Made by a program: the position numbers and the translations under genes. The notes below the pieces were generated by a model. That model did not search any database, was not told the origin of the DNA, and saw only the letters and a list, made by a program, of their open reading frames with translations. Of a DNA stretch of 64,000 nucleotides, positions 54,081 to 64,000 are shown one piece after another. Position 1 is the first letter of the stretch. Every line of letters starts with the position of its first letter. The stretch covers positions 3,900,880 through 3,964,879 of the forward strand of contig MU058337.1 in the NCBI GenBank assembly GCA_013265495.1, read 5' to 3'. Source of the DNA: Vicugna vicugna. Its lineage: Eukaryota.

Positions 54081-55734
54081 ATTCCATCACTATAAAATTC
54101 TCTAGAGAGTGTAAAGGCCCCATGCACAGAAATAATTTGCATTACTCAGAGCTGCCAAGTGTTTTGTTTTCCCCAAGTTTAGCCTTACAGCTAAAAAATA
54201 AAAGTTAGTTTTCTCTCCTCTTGCTCCACAAAAAGAACCCAGACCTAAAATAATTAGGGCATATTTGTTACCAGGACATCTATCTATTAAATGCAAAATA
54301 AAATGGGTCAGGAAAAAAGTCCTTTAGTTTGAGTCACCAGGGACCAAATAGGAGTGATTACAGGGAATGCAGTGCTGTCCAGCCAAGTAAATGACTGCAC
54401 TGGATGCTAATGAATGTTTTGCCTCAGCCCATTTGGCCATATATCCAGCAGTTTGTTTCAGTAACTGCCACGAAAGATGGACTCTGACTGCAATGTCAAT
54501 GTCATCTATGATTCCCAGGCTGCTGAGAACTGGAGAACATCATCTACTTCAGCCACCTGCCTTCAGACAGGTCTGCGTTTAAAACTTACTGAATGGGACA
54601 CATCCTGCTATAACATGCATTCCTGCAAGGAATTGTGGGGCACCCCAAAAGGAATTAAAAGACAATATGCAAATCAGGTAACAGTTGAATAGCCCAAAAT
54701 TATTGAGCCACATTTGCAAACAATATTGTGTTTAAATGCAAGCTTTTCCTTTTGTGTAGCACTTACATAATTCGAAGATAAAATCCCAAATACCAGGAAA
54801 TGCCACTAGCACAGTATTTCATGATATCACCGAAAATCCCTGTTACCAGCCAACCTGAGCTCAAGTGTATTTCTTTTATTTTTATGAAGTCTTTCAAGTG
54901 AATATTAGAGTGGTTCCTTAACATCACTGTTTTCTAAACGTCAGTATGACCACTAAGATTATCCACTTCAATTAGACACAGTTTGTAAATTGCGGTCTTT
55001 AATACACATGTAAAGTGATCTTTTCAACTTACGTTAGTGTGACTGTGCATTTAGGCTCAGAATATCCAGAACCAAAGGTAACTTAACACTTTCTCATGCC
55101 TTCCCCACTTTTATCGTGCTGCTACTTTTTTTTTCATTACATAATGACTTGTTGACCTAGAATTTTTTTTTTTGAGAAAAATCTTAACAACAAAAATAAT
55201 GACTCCAAAATTACCAAGTGCAATTATGGGAACTATTTGATCTTACCGTGTGAGAGACACATCAAAGGCTGACAGCCCAGGCTTCACAGGGTAGCAACCT
55301 CTGGGAACAATTATTTCAGTTGTTAAAAAAAGGACGAGTGAAGGCTGAAAAAAGAGTTCTCTCTGTTTCTCTTTCAATTAGATATCGTTCATAACTGAAT
55401 GTAGGTATCACAAGATATTTTTAAATGTGCAAAACTTTATTTCTACAGGGACATTCTATCACCTAATTAATAAATTAGGTGTAATAAATATGGCCTGATC
55501 ATTAAAGTATCTGTGACTACTATAAAAAATAACAAGGTGTTATGGAAGTGCTACTAAGATGATAATTGTAGGCTGCATATTTCGTCTAGGGAGTAGCCAC
55601 ATTGCCAATGGAAATGTGACCTTTATTTCTTAAATCCTTGAAAAATGCCCTCTTTTGACCTATAAATGTGTCTTCAGACTAACCAGTTCAGAAGATAGGA
55701 TAAAAAGCATATAAGACTTTCACTAGTTTCCAAA

Positions 55735-55880
55735 TTCTTTTTGCGTAAACCCAATGAGGAAGGTCGTATTGTCAACCACGTTTTACAAGGGAGGAAACTG
55801 AGGCACTGAGCAGGTAAATAAATTGCCCAAAGTGGTGGAGAAGGATTTAAACCTAGACTGTCAATTCTTAACCACTGGGC
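55735..55880 (-). mobile_element. MIR remnant
   Basis: TTTTACAAGGGAGGAAACTGAGGCACTGAG..TTGCCCAAAG..GGATTTAAACCTAG. Confidence 0.75.
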
Positions 55881-56474
55881 AATAATACTAAAATCTCATT
55901 TGTGATGTCTGGCTGTTTGCCATTAGCCAGTTGCTAAATGAAATCTCGCTTTGTGTTACAGAGGTTAAAATTGCCAGTATGACCTTGGGCAAGTCACTTT
56001 GGCTCCCGGAGCTTTTGTAACCTCACTTCTAAATGGGGGTTTTAGATATCTGTGTCTTGGATCTACCAGATGATCTAAATGATACTTTCCAGGTCCAGAA
56101 GGGGTTTTTTGTTTCTCCTTTTGTTTTTCTGGTTTTCTAATATTAAAAGATATCGATTATTTGAGTAGCCACTTTATACAGCTGAATCATTGACTGTGTC
56201 TACATATTACTGTTTCCATTTTCCCAAAATGTTGGGCCATGATTTCAAATGACACAAAGCTTTATAGGTTACCATTATCTACTGTCACAACAAAGTATTA
56301 ATATATTGCATTACAGAGATGCCAAATTAAGTCAATAAAGTGAATTTGAGCCACAATGAAAGGATTCACTAAATGTATACAGCCTAAAATACATCCCAGT
56401 GATTATTAATTTGCCAGTAAATGATTTGCTTCAAAGAGAAACCATGGAATTCATAAAACTCTATAAACTCCACT

Positions 56475-56488
56475 AAAAACATGATGGA
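56475..56488 (+). repeat. 5' copy of the L1 target-site duplication
   Basis: AAAAACATGATGGA is identical to 61945-61958; the pre-insertion site CT/AAAAA fits L1 endonuclease preference. Confidence 0.92.
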
Positions 56489-56528
56489 TAGACAACTGAT
56501 ACTCCATAAACCACAGTGCCAGAGAGGT

Positions 56529-57431
56529 ATGAGCAAGATGAAGAAGCAGAGAAACCTTTCCCAATTAAAAGAACAAGAGGAATCCCCTGAAAGAAAGCTC
56601 AATGAAATAGACATCGATAGCCTACTAGATCAAGATTTCAAAAAAGGAGTGATCAAATTGCTGAAGGAATTAAAAGAGATAGTGCTTAGAGAAATAAAAT
56701 ATGTCAAAAATGAAATTGAAGCTATAAAGAAGAGCCAAACAAAACGGGAAAACTCGTTGACAGAGATGAGGAATGATCTAATAGCTGTGCAAAGCCGACT
56801 AGTTAATGCAGAGGAACGAATTAGTGATCTAGAAGACAGGGCAACAGAAAGCACCCATTCAGAAGAACTACAAGATAAGCAAATAAAAAATAATGATAAT
56901 AGCATAAGGGACCTATGGGATAATATAAAGCGTCCCAATCTTCGCATAATAGGGGTCCCAGAAGGGGAAGAAGGATCAAAGGGGATTGAAAAGGTTTTTG
57001 AAGAAATCATGACTGAAAACTTCCCAAACTTAAAGAAGGAATCAGATATCCAAGTACAGGAAGCTCAGAGGGTCCCAAACAGGAAGAACCCAAATAGACC
57101 CACACCAAGACATATCATAATCAAGATGGCCAGAGTCAAGGATAAAGAAATGATTCTAAAGGCAGCAAGAGAAAAGCAAAGAGTGAACTACAAGGGAACC
57201 CCCATAAGGCTCTCAGCTGATTTCTCTACACAAACACTACAGGCCAGAAGGGAGTGGCAAGATATATTCAAAGCCCTGAATGAAAAAAAGATGCAGCCTA
57301 GGATACTTTATCCAGCAAGGCTATCCTTTAGGATAGAAGGAGAAATAAAGAGTTTCACAGACAAAAAAAAGCTGCAGGAGTTTAGCAACACTAAACCCAT
57401 GCTAAAAGAAATATTGAAAGGGCTATTCTAA
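56529..57431 (+). CDS. L1 ORF1p (RNA-binding chaperone), about 300 aa from the likely native ATG
   Basis: Coiled-coil N-terminal half followed by RRM/CTD motifs (NLRIIGVPE, RPTPRHIIIK, ARREW, YPARLSF). The ORF-track start at 56481 lies inside the TSD; the likely native start is 56529 or 56538. Confidence 0.93.
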   Translation: MSKMKKQRNLSQLKEQEESPERKLNEIDIDSLLDQDFKKGVIKLLKELKEIVLREIKYVKNEIEAIKKSQTKRENSLTEMRNDLIAVQSRLVNAEERISDLEDRATESTHSEELQDKQIKNNDNSIRDLWDNIKRPNLRIIGVPEGEEGSKGIEKVFEEIMTENFPNLKKESDIQVQEAQRVPNRKNPNRPTPRHIIIKMARVKDKEMILKAAREKQRVNYKGTPIRLSADFSTQTLQARREWQDIFKALNEKKMQPRILYPARLSFRIEGEIKSFTDKKKLQEFSNTKPMLKEILKGLF

Positions 57432-57828
57432 ATAGAAAAGCAGCAGGATGCTACAGAAATGAGAAACGTACAACTGGAAAGGTGATAACTCATGAATTAC
57501 AAATAAAGAAAACACGAAATTATAAAAGAAGACATACAAATCACTGAGAGTGGGAGAGGGAGGCAGGGAAATATAGAATTTTTTTTCTTTCTTTTTTAAA
57601 TTTTTTTAACAGTAGGATGGGTTTGAGATCATGTTATTATCAGTTTATTAAAAACGGGTATAGGTTAATAGATTTACAAAAAAGGGTAACCACAAGTCAA
57701 AAATTTACAAGGGAGTCACAAAAATTAAATAAAATCCATGATAATACAAAGGAAAATTACCAAACCACAAAAGGAAGAAGAAAGGAACAAAGAGGATATA
57801 CCAATTCAACTGCAAAGATAAGTTCAAA

Positions 57829-60800
57829 ATGGCAATAAACACACATCTATCATTAATTACTGTAAATGTTAATGGACTAAATGCTCCAGTCAAAAGACAT
57901 AGAGTGGCAGACTGGATAATAAAGCAAGAACCTTCAATATGCTGCATACAAGAGACCCACTTTAGGGAGAAGGACACATATAGATTGAGAGTGAAAGGAT
58001 GGAAAAGGATATTCCATGCAAATGGAAAAGCCAAAAAAGCAGGTGTTGCAGTACTGATTTCAGACAAAATAGACTTTAAAACAAAGGCCATAAAGAAAGA
58101 TAAAGAAGGACATTTTATAATGATTAAAGGAGTGATACAAGATGAAGATATTACACTCGTTAATATATATGCACCCAATATAGGAGCACCTAAGTACATA
58201 CAAGAATTACTAACAGAGATAAAGGGGGATATTGATGGGAATACAATCATAGTTGGAGATTTTAACACTGCATTAACATCACTAGACAGATCTTCCAGAC
58301 AGAAAATAAACAAGGCAACAGAGAAATTAAATACTACAATAGAAAAACTAGATTTGGTGGATATTTTCAGAGCATTACACCCCCAAAAAATAGAATATAC
58401 ATTCTTTTCAAGTGCACATGGAACATTTTCCAGGATCGATCATGTACTTGGACACAAAAGAAACCTCAACAAATTTAAGAAGATAGAAATTATCTCAAGC
58501 ATCTTTACTGACCACAATGCCATGAAACTGGAAATCAACAACAGAGAAACAAAGGAGAAAAAAAGAAAAGCATGGAGATTAAACAATATGTTATTGAAAA
58601 AACAATGGATCAATGAGGAAATCAAAGCTGAAATTAAAAAATACCTTGAGACAAATGATAATGAAAGCACAACCACTCAAAACCTATGGGACACAGCAAA
58701 GGCAGTGCTAAGAGGGAAGTTTATAGCGATACAGGCCTTCCTCAAAAAAGAAGAACAATCTCAAATAAACAAGTTAACCCACCACCTGAATCAATTAGAA
58801 AAAGAAGAACAAAAAGCCCCAAAAAGCAGCAGAAGGAAGGAAATAATAAAGATCAGAGAGGAATTAAATACAATAGAGATTAACAAGACCATAGAAAAAA
58901 TCAACCAAACCAAAAGCTGGTTTTTTGAAAAAGTAAATAAAATCGACAAACCTCTGGCCAAACTCACAAAGAAGAAAAAAGAGAGAGCACAAATTAGCAA
59001 AATAAGAAAGGAAAATGGAGAAATTACAACAAACAAAATAGAAATACAGAATATCATACGAGAATATTATGAAAAACTATATGGAACCAAACTGGATAAC
59101 CTAGAGGAGATGGACAAGTTTCTGGAAACATACTGTCCACCAAAACTGAATCAAGAAGAAACTGAACACTTGAACAATCCGATCACTAGAAAGGAAATAG
59201 AAATAGCAATTAAAAACCTCCCTACAAATAAAAGTCCAGGACCGGACGGCTTCACCGGGGAATTCTACCAAACATACAAAGAAGAACTCATACCAGTCCT
59301 TCTCAAACTCTTCCAGACGATTGAAAAGGAGGGAATACTCCCAAACTCATTCTATGAAGCCACCATCACCCTGATACCAAAACCAGGCAAAGACACTACA
59401 AAAAAAGAGAATTATAGGCCAATATCACTGATGAACATAGACGCCAAAATCCTCACCAAAATTTTAGCAAATAGAATCCAACAACACATAAAAAAGATTA
59501 TACATCATGACCAAGTGGGGTTCATCCCAGGGACACAAGGCTGGTTCAACATACGCAAATCAATCAATGTAATACATCACATCAACAAGAGAAAGGACAA
59601 AAACCACATGATCATCTCAATCGATGCAGAAAAAGCATTTGATAAAATTCAACACCCATTTATGATAAAAACTCTCGCCAAAGTGGGTATAGAGGGAACA
59701 TATCTCAACATAATAAAAGCTATATATGACAAACCTATAGCCAGCATAGTTCTCAACGGTGAAAAACTCAAAAGCTTCCCACTAAAATCTGGGACAAGAC
59801 AAGGATGCCCACTATCACCACTCCTATTCAATATAGTCCTGGAAGTCCTAGCCACAGCAATCAGGCAAGAGAAAGAAATAAAAGGGATCCAAATTGGAAA
59901 AGAAGAGGTAAAAGTGTCATTATATGCTGACGACATGTTACTATATATAGAAAACCCTAAAAGGTCCACAAAAAAGCTACTAGAGCTGATCGAAGAATTC
60001 AGCAAGGTAGCAGGTTACAAAATTAATGTTCAAAAATCAGTTGCCTTTCTTTACACTAACGATAAATCAACAGAAAAAGAAAGTAAAGAAACAATCCCCT
60101 TTAAAATAGCACCCAAAGTAATAAAATATCTGGGAATAAATCTAACCAAGGAGGTGAAAGAATTATACACAGAAAACTATAAACCATTGATGAAGGAAAT
60201 TAAAGAAGACTTTAAAAAATGGAAAGATATTCCATGCTCTTGGATTGGAAGAATCAATATTGTTAAAATGGTCACACTGCCCAAGGCAATCTACAGATTT
60301 AATGCAATCCCTATCCAATTACCCAGGACATATTTCACAGAACTAGAACAAATCATAATAAAATTTATATGGAACCATCAAAGACCTAGAATTGCTAAAG
60401 CATTACTGAAGAGAAAGAAAGAGGCTGGAGGAATAACTCTCCCAGACTTCAGACAATACTATAGAGCTACAGTCATCAAGACAGCATGGTATTGGTACCA
60501 AAACAGACATATAGACCAATGGAACAGAATAGAGAGCCCAGAAATGAACCCACAAACTTTTGGTCAACTCATCTTCGACAAAGGAGGCAAGAATATACAA
60601 TGGAATAAAGACAGTCTCTTCAGCAAATGGTGTTGGGAAAACTGGACAGCAGCATGTAAAACAATGAAGCTAGAACACACCCTTACACCATATACAAAAA
60701 TCAACTCAAAATGGATTAAAGACTTAAACATAAGACAAGATACAATAAACCTCCTAGAGGAAAACATAGGCAAAACATTATCTGACATACATTTCAAAAA

Positions 60801-61626
60801 TTTTCTCCTAGAAGAAATAAAAGCAAGAATAAACAAATGGGACCTAATGAAACTTACAAGCTTCTGCAGAGCAAAGGAAACCAGAAATAAAACAAGAAGA
60901 AAACCTACGGAATGGGAGAAAATTTTTGCAAGTGAAACCGACAAAGGCTTGATCTCCAAAATATATAAGCAGCTCATACGACTCAATAAGAAAAAAATAA
61001 ACAACCCAATCCAAAAATGGGCAGAAGACCTAAACAAGCAATTCTCCAAGGAAGACATACAAATGATCAAAAAGCACATGAAAAAATGCTCAATATCACT
61101 AATTATCAGAGAAATGCAAATCAAAACTACAATGAGGTATCACCTCACACCAGTCAGAATGGCCGTCATTCAAAAATCCAAAAATGACAAATGCTGGAGA
61201 GGCTGTGGAGAAAGGGGAACCCTCCTACACTGCTGGTGGGAATGCAGTTTGGTGCAGCCACTATGGAAAACAGTGTGGAGATTCCTCAAAAGACTAGGAA
61301 TAGACTTACCATATGACCCAGGAATCCCACTCCTGGGCTTGTACCCAGAAGGAAATCTACTTCAGGATGACACCTGCACCCCAATGTTCATAGCAGCACT
61401 ATTTACAATAGCCAAAACATGGAAACAGCCTAAATGTCCATCAACAGGTGACTGGATAAAGAAGAGGTGGTATATTTATACAATGGAATACTACTCAGCC
61501 ATAAAAACCAACAACATAATGCCATTTGCAGCAACATGGATGCTCCTAGAGAATGTCATTCTAAGTGAAGTAAGCCAGAAAGAGAAAGAAAAATACCATA
61601 TGAGATCGCTCATATGTGGAATCTAA
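57829..61626 (+). CDS. L1 ORF2p (endonuclease / reverse transcriptase), 1265 aa
   Basis: APE-type endonuclease motifs (NVNGLN, QETH, GDFNT, RIDH, TDHN), RT motifs (QGCPLSP, YADD) and C-terminal CCHC ([18 protein letters not shown]); no stops or frameshifts. Confidence 0.98.
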   Translation: MAINTHLSLITVNVNGLNAPVKRHRVADWIIKQEPSICCIQETHFREKDTYRLRVKGWKRIFHANGKAKKAGVAVLISDKIDFKTKAIKKDKEGHFIMIKGVIQDEDITLVNIYAPNIGAPKYIQELLTEIKGDIDGNTIIVGDFNTALTSLDRSSRQKINKATEKLNTTIEKLDLVDIFRALHPQKIEYTFFSSAHGTFSRIDHVLGHKRNLNKFKKIEIISSIFTDHNAMKLEINNRETKEKKRKAWRLNNMLLKKQWINEEIKAEIKKYLETNDNESTTTQNLWDTAKAVLRGKFIAIQAFLKKEEQSQINKLTHHLNQLEKEEQKAPKSSRRKEIIKIREELNTIEINKTIEKINQTKSWFFEKVNKIDKPLAKLTKKKKERAQISKIRKENGEITTNKIEIQNIIREYYEKLYGTKLDNLEEMDKFLETYCPPKLNQEETEHLNNPITRKEIEIAIKNLPTNKSPGPDGFTGEFYQTYKEELIPVLLKLFQTIEKEGILPNSFYEATITLIPKPGKDTTKKENYRPISLMNIDAKILTKILANRIQQHIKKIIHHDQVGFIPGTQGWFNIRKSINVIHHINKRKDKNHMIISIDAEKAFDKIQHPFMIKTLAKVGIEGTYLNIIKAIYDKPIASIVLNGEKLKSFPLKSGTRQGCPLSPLLFNIVLEVLATAIRQEKEIKGIQIGKEEVKVSLYADDMLLYIENPKRSTKKLLELIEEFSKVAGYKINVQKSVAFLYTNDKSTEKESKETIPFKIAPKVIKYLGINLTKEVKELYTENYKPLMKEIKEDFKKWKDIPCSWIGRINIVKMVTLPKAIYRFNAIPIQLPRTYFTELEQIIIKFIWNHQRPRIAKALLKRKKEAGGITLPDFRQYYRATVIKTAWYWYQNRHIDQWNRIESPEMNPQTFGQLIFDKGGKNIQWNKDSLFSKWCWENWTAACKTMKLEHTLTPYTKINSKWIKDLNIRQDTINLLEENIGKTLSDIHFKNFLLEEIKARINKWDLMKLTSFCRAKETRNKTRRKPTEWEKIFASETDKGLISKIYKQLIRLNKKKINNPIQKWAEDLNKQFSKEDIQMIKKHMKKCSISLIIREMQIKTTMRYHLTPVRMAVIQKSKNDKCWRGCGERGTLLHCWWECSLVQPLWKTVWRFLKRLGIDLPYDPGIPLLGLYPEGNLLQDDTCTPMFIAALFTIAKTWKQPKCPSTGDWIKKRWYIYTMEYYSAIKTNNIMPFAATWMLLENVILSEVSQKEKEKYHMRSLICGI

Positions 61627-61944
61627 AAAACAAAAACAAACAAACAAACAAAAACAAAGCATAAATACAGGACAGAAATAGACTCATGGACAGAGAATAC
61701 AGACATGTGGTTACGGGGGGGTAGAGGGTGGGAAGGGATAGACTGGGATTTCAAAATTGTAGAAAAGATAAACAAGATTACACTGTATAGCACAGGGAAA
61801 TATACACAAAATGTTATGATAACTCACAGAGAAAAAAATATGACAATGAGTGTATATGTCCATGAATGACTGAAAAATTGTGCTGAACACTGGAATTTGA
61901 CACAACACTGTAAAATGATTATGAATCAATAAAAAATGTAAAAA

Positions 61945-61958
61945 AAAAACATGATGGA
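61945..61958 (+). repeat. 3' copy of the L1 target-site duplication
   Basis: Identical to 56475-56488 and directly follows the A tail. Confidence 0.92.
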
Positions 61959-62659
61959 AAGGTTTATTTTCCTAGAATTGTCTTGTGAAAGATTTTCTAA
62001 GGGAATAATTTTAGTAGTCTGTTTTAGATGAATTGCTTTCCCACTAAAGTAGGTGAAACCAAGGGCAAAATTGATATCCACTCTTCACAGCCAGAGCCCA
62101 TTGCCCCACAGCCCCTCTTTGGGGCTGGAAGAGCAGCAAGGGAGGGTTAGCTCCATTGTTCAGGGCTCTGTCAGATACCCCATCACACAGTGACCAAATC
62201 AAGAAATAGAATCCTGGAAACGTTTGCTCTTTCTCAACAAATATAATCATCACTAGTAATATTTTGGCCAGTTATTTTTAAAGAATAGATAACTCTTGCC
62301 CATTATCACCCCTCCCCAACCCCCTACAAAAAAATACATTTCATGATTTATGGGTTAAAAGTGTGAAGTTCTGAAACTAAAAAAATATTTCACATTGCAA
62401 ACAAACTTGTGGGTCAACTGAAAATCCTAAGATGCAGCAACGTGGAATGGCCTTCTAGATCTTACGGAAATCTTTCTTCATTCCGTATCTGAGAAGAAAT
62501 GTTACTTTCTACCTTTCCTTCCCTTGCGTCTCCCCGCCGATTGTCTGGAATTGGCCAACAGGCATGAGAGGGCAGGAAGCAGTGGATGAGGAAAGAGGAA
62601 GATTAACCTGCAGTGTCTTTCCCACCTCACAACTGTAATTGTGAAGCCTTCATAGACAG

Positions 62660-62880
62660 AGACTGAGAGTTTAGGCTTCAGATCAGACTGACCTTGAGTC
62701 CTGGCTTTCCACTGCCCCTTTGTCTAGCTCTGTGACCCTGGGCAAGATTTTTAACCTTTCTAAACCTCAGCTCCCTCATCTGTTAAAAAAAAATATATAA
62801 TTACAGAAGCCTCAGGGGTTTGATGAAAAGATAAACTAATGTATGTAAAAGCTAGCACAGTGTCTGGTGTGTAAGTCATA
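62660..62880 (+). mobile_element. MIR remnant
   Basis: CTAGCTCTGTGACCCTGGGCAAG..AACCTTTCTAAACCTCAG..CTCATCTGTTAAA..TAGCACAGTGTCTGG. Confidence 0.78.
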
Positions 62881-63068
62881 GATTTTAATAATAAAATTGC
62901 TTAAGGTTATGTATCGCCATAGATGCTCTGGGTCGTTGTACATTTGATTCCTTTTGAGCACACAGCAGTGATTTACATTGAAATTTCTCTGAAAGTTTGT
63001 CTAAAGGGCAGTTGCTCTCAGTAAAGAATGACTGTTGAAGGGCTGTCTTGTATGAGTGCTCTCATAGC

Positions 63069-63526
63069 TGTATTAATTTCCTGGGGCTGTCATAACAAGA
63101 GATCATAGAATGGTTCTCTTAAAACACAGAAGTGCGTTCTCTCAGAGTTCTGAGGCTAGAAGTCTGACCCCAAGGTGCCATACGGGCCTTGTTCCCTCTC
63201 AGACTCTGGGTGGAATCCTTCTTTGCCCCTCACATTTTCGAGTGTAGCTGACCATCCTTGCACTTCTTGCCGTCTGGCTGCATTGCTCCCTTCTCTGCCT
63301 TCATCACATGGTCTTCTCCCTGTCTCAGTTTTCCTGTATCCTCTCCTTCCTTCATAAAAACACCAGTCACGTTGGATCAGGGGCCTACCCTACTCCAGGG
63401 TGACTTCATCTTGCCTTAACTAACTACATTTGCAACAATGCTATTTCTAAATAAAGTCACATTCTGAAACACTGGGGGTTAGGTCTTCAACATATATTTT
63501 TGGGGGACACAAGTCAACCCATAACA
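63069..63526 (-). mobile_element. MLT1C-like MaLR solo LTR
   Basis: TG...CA ends; AGTTCTGAGGCTAGAAGTCTGA, AAATAAAGTCACATTCTGA, GGGGGACACAAGTCAACCCATAACA. Confidence 0.88.
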
Positions 63527-64000
63527 GTATCTCTTGCCTGGACCATTGCAATGGTTTCTTTCAAAGGCTTTCCTGCTCCACATCCGCTGCCCCCCACTAA
63601 CACATACAGGAGCACATGCATTCTGGTCTCAGCAGAGCAGCAAGAGAGGGCTCATTCACAATGTGGATTATAGCAGGTATTGTAAATCCATTTGTAAGTA
63701 CTCCTAACAAGCACCTGAATGGAGTCAAGCTGTGTTCAGCACTGAGGCTTTTCTCTGGGTCATGCTGATGGTTTAGTCACGTGTCATCATGTTTTGATTG
63801 ATTCTTTTGACAGTAGGCTCTCATTCTAGTTTGAAGCAAATAAGCTAACAAGCCAGACCAGAGCTTGTACTGGGTATATGACCATTCAGGGGGCCAAGTA
63901 CATTTCATAATAAGATCTTTATCAACTTGTCTATTTTGAGAACACTTAGAAAATATTTTGTTATTTTTATATATTTAAAATTCATAAGGAGGACCAATTA

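Larger units (their letters stand above)
56489..61944 (+). mobile_element. Young LINE-1 with intact ORF1 and ORF2, 5'-truncated about 40 nt upstream of ORF1
   Basis: Two long uninterrupted ORFs with L1 motifs; 3'UTR with G-rich tract, AATAAA at 61928-61933 and a short A tail; flanked by direct repeat AAAAACATGATGGA at 56475-56488 and 61945-61958. Confidence 0.97.

Noticed and set aside
56481..56528. ORF-track start of ORF1 taken as the native start
   Set aside because: The ATGs lie in the duplicated target site, not in L1 sequence.
56384..61929. Long antisense ORFs over the L1 (e.g. 57705-58313, 60564-61124, 56630-57010)
   Set aside because: Shadow ORFs rich in F/L/I/S that result from the A-rich L1 coding strand; no independent evidence.
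1..64000. CRISPR arrays, rRNA/tRNA genes, prokaryotic operons
   Set aside because: None seen; the sequence is mammalian and has no regularly spaced repeat-spacer structure.

Overview
Mammalian (eutherian) genomic DNA, AT-rich and dense in repeats, probably intergenic or deep intronic. I found no intact host protein-coding gene. The young L1 3'UTRs resemble camelid L1 as I recall it, and I recognised no lineage-specific SINE (Alu, B1, PRE-1, Bov-tA, SINEC), so a camelid origin is likely but is inference. The main feature is a LINE-1 at ~56489-61944 (+). It has uninterrupted ORF1 and ORF2, a 14-bp target-site duplication (TSD), almost no 5'UTR and a long inter-ORF region with an overlapping uORF. 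Also present are three other L1 copies of differing age, an ancient L1MC-like fragment with a perfect TSD, MaLR/ERVL solo LTRs, L2/MIR remnants, hAT DNA-transposon fossils and microsatellites. Candidate unexplained signals are a decayed multi-exon gene at 164-~2895 with consistent splice phases, a possible integrase fossil near 46.5 kb, several hairpins, and a regulatory/non-coding-exon cluster at 32-34 kb. Coordinates were counted by hand and repeat subfamily names come from recalled consensus sequences, so old-repeat boundaries are approximate.
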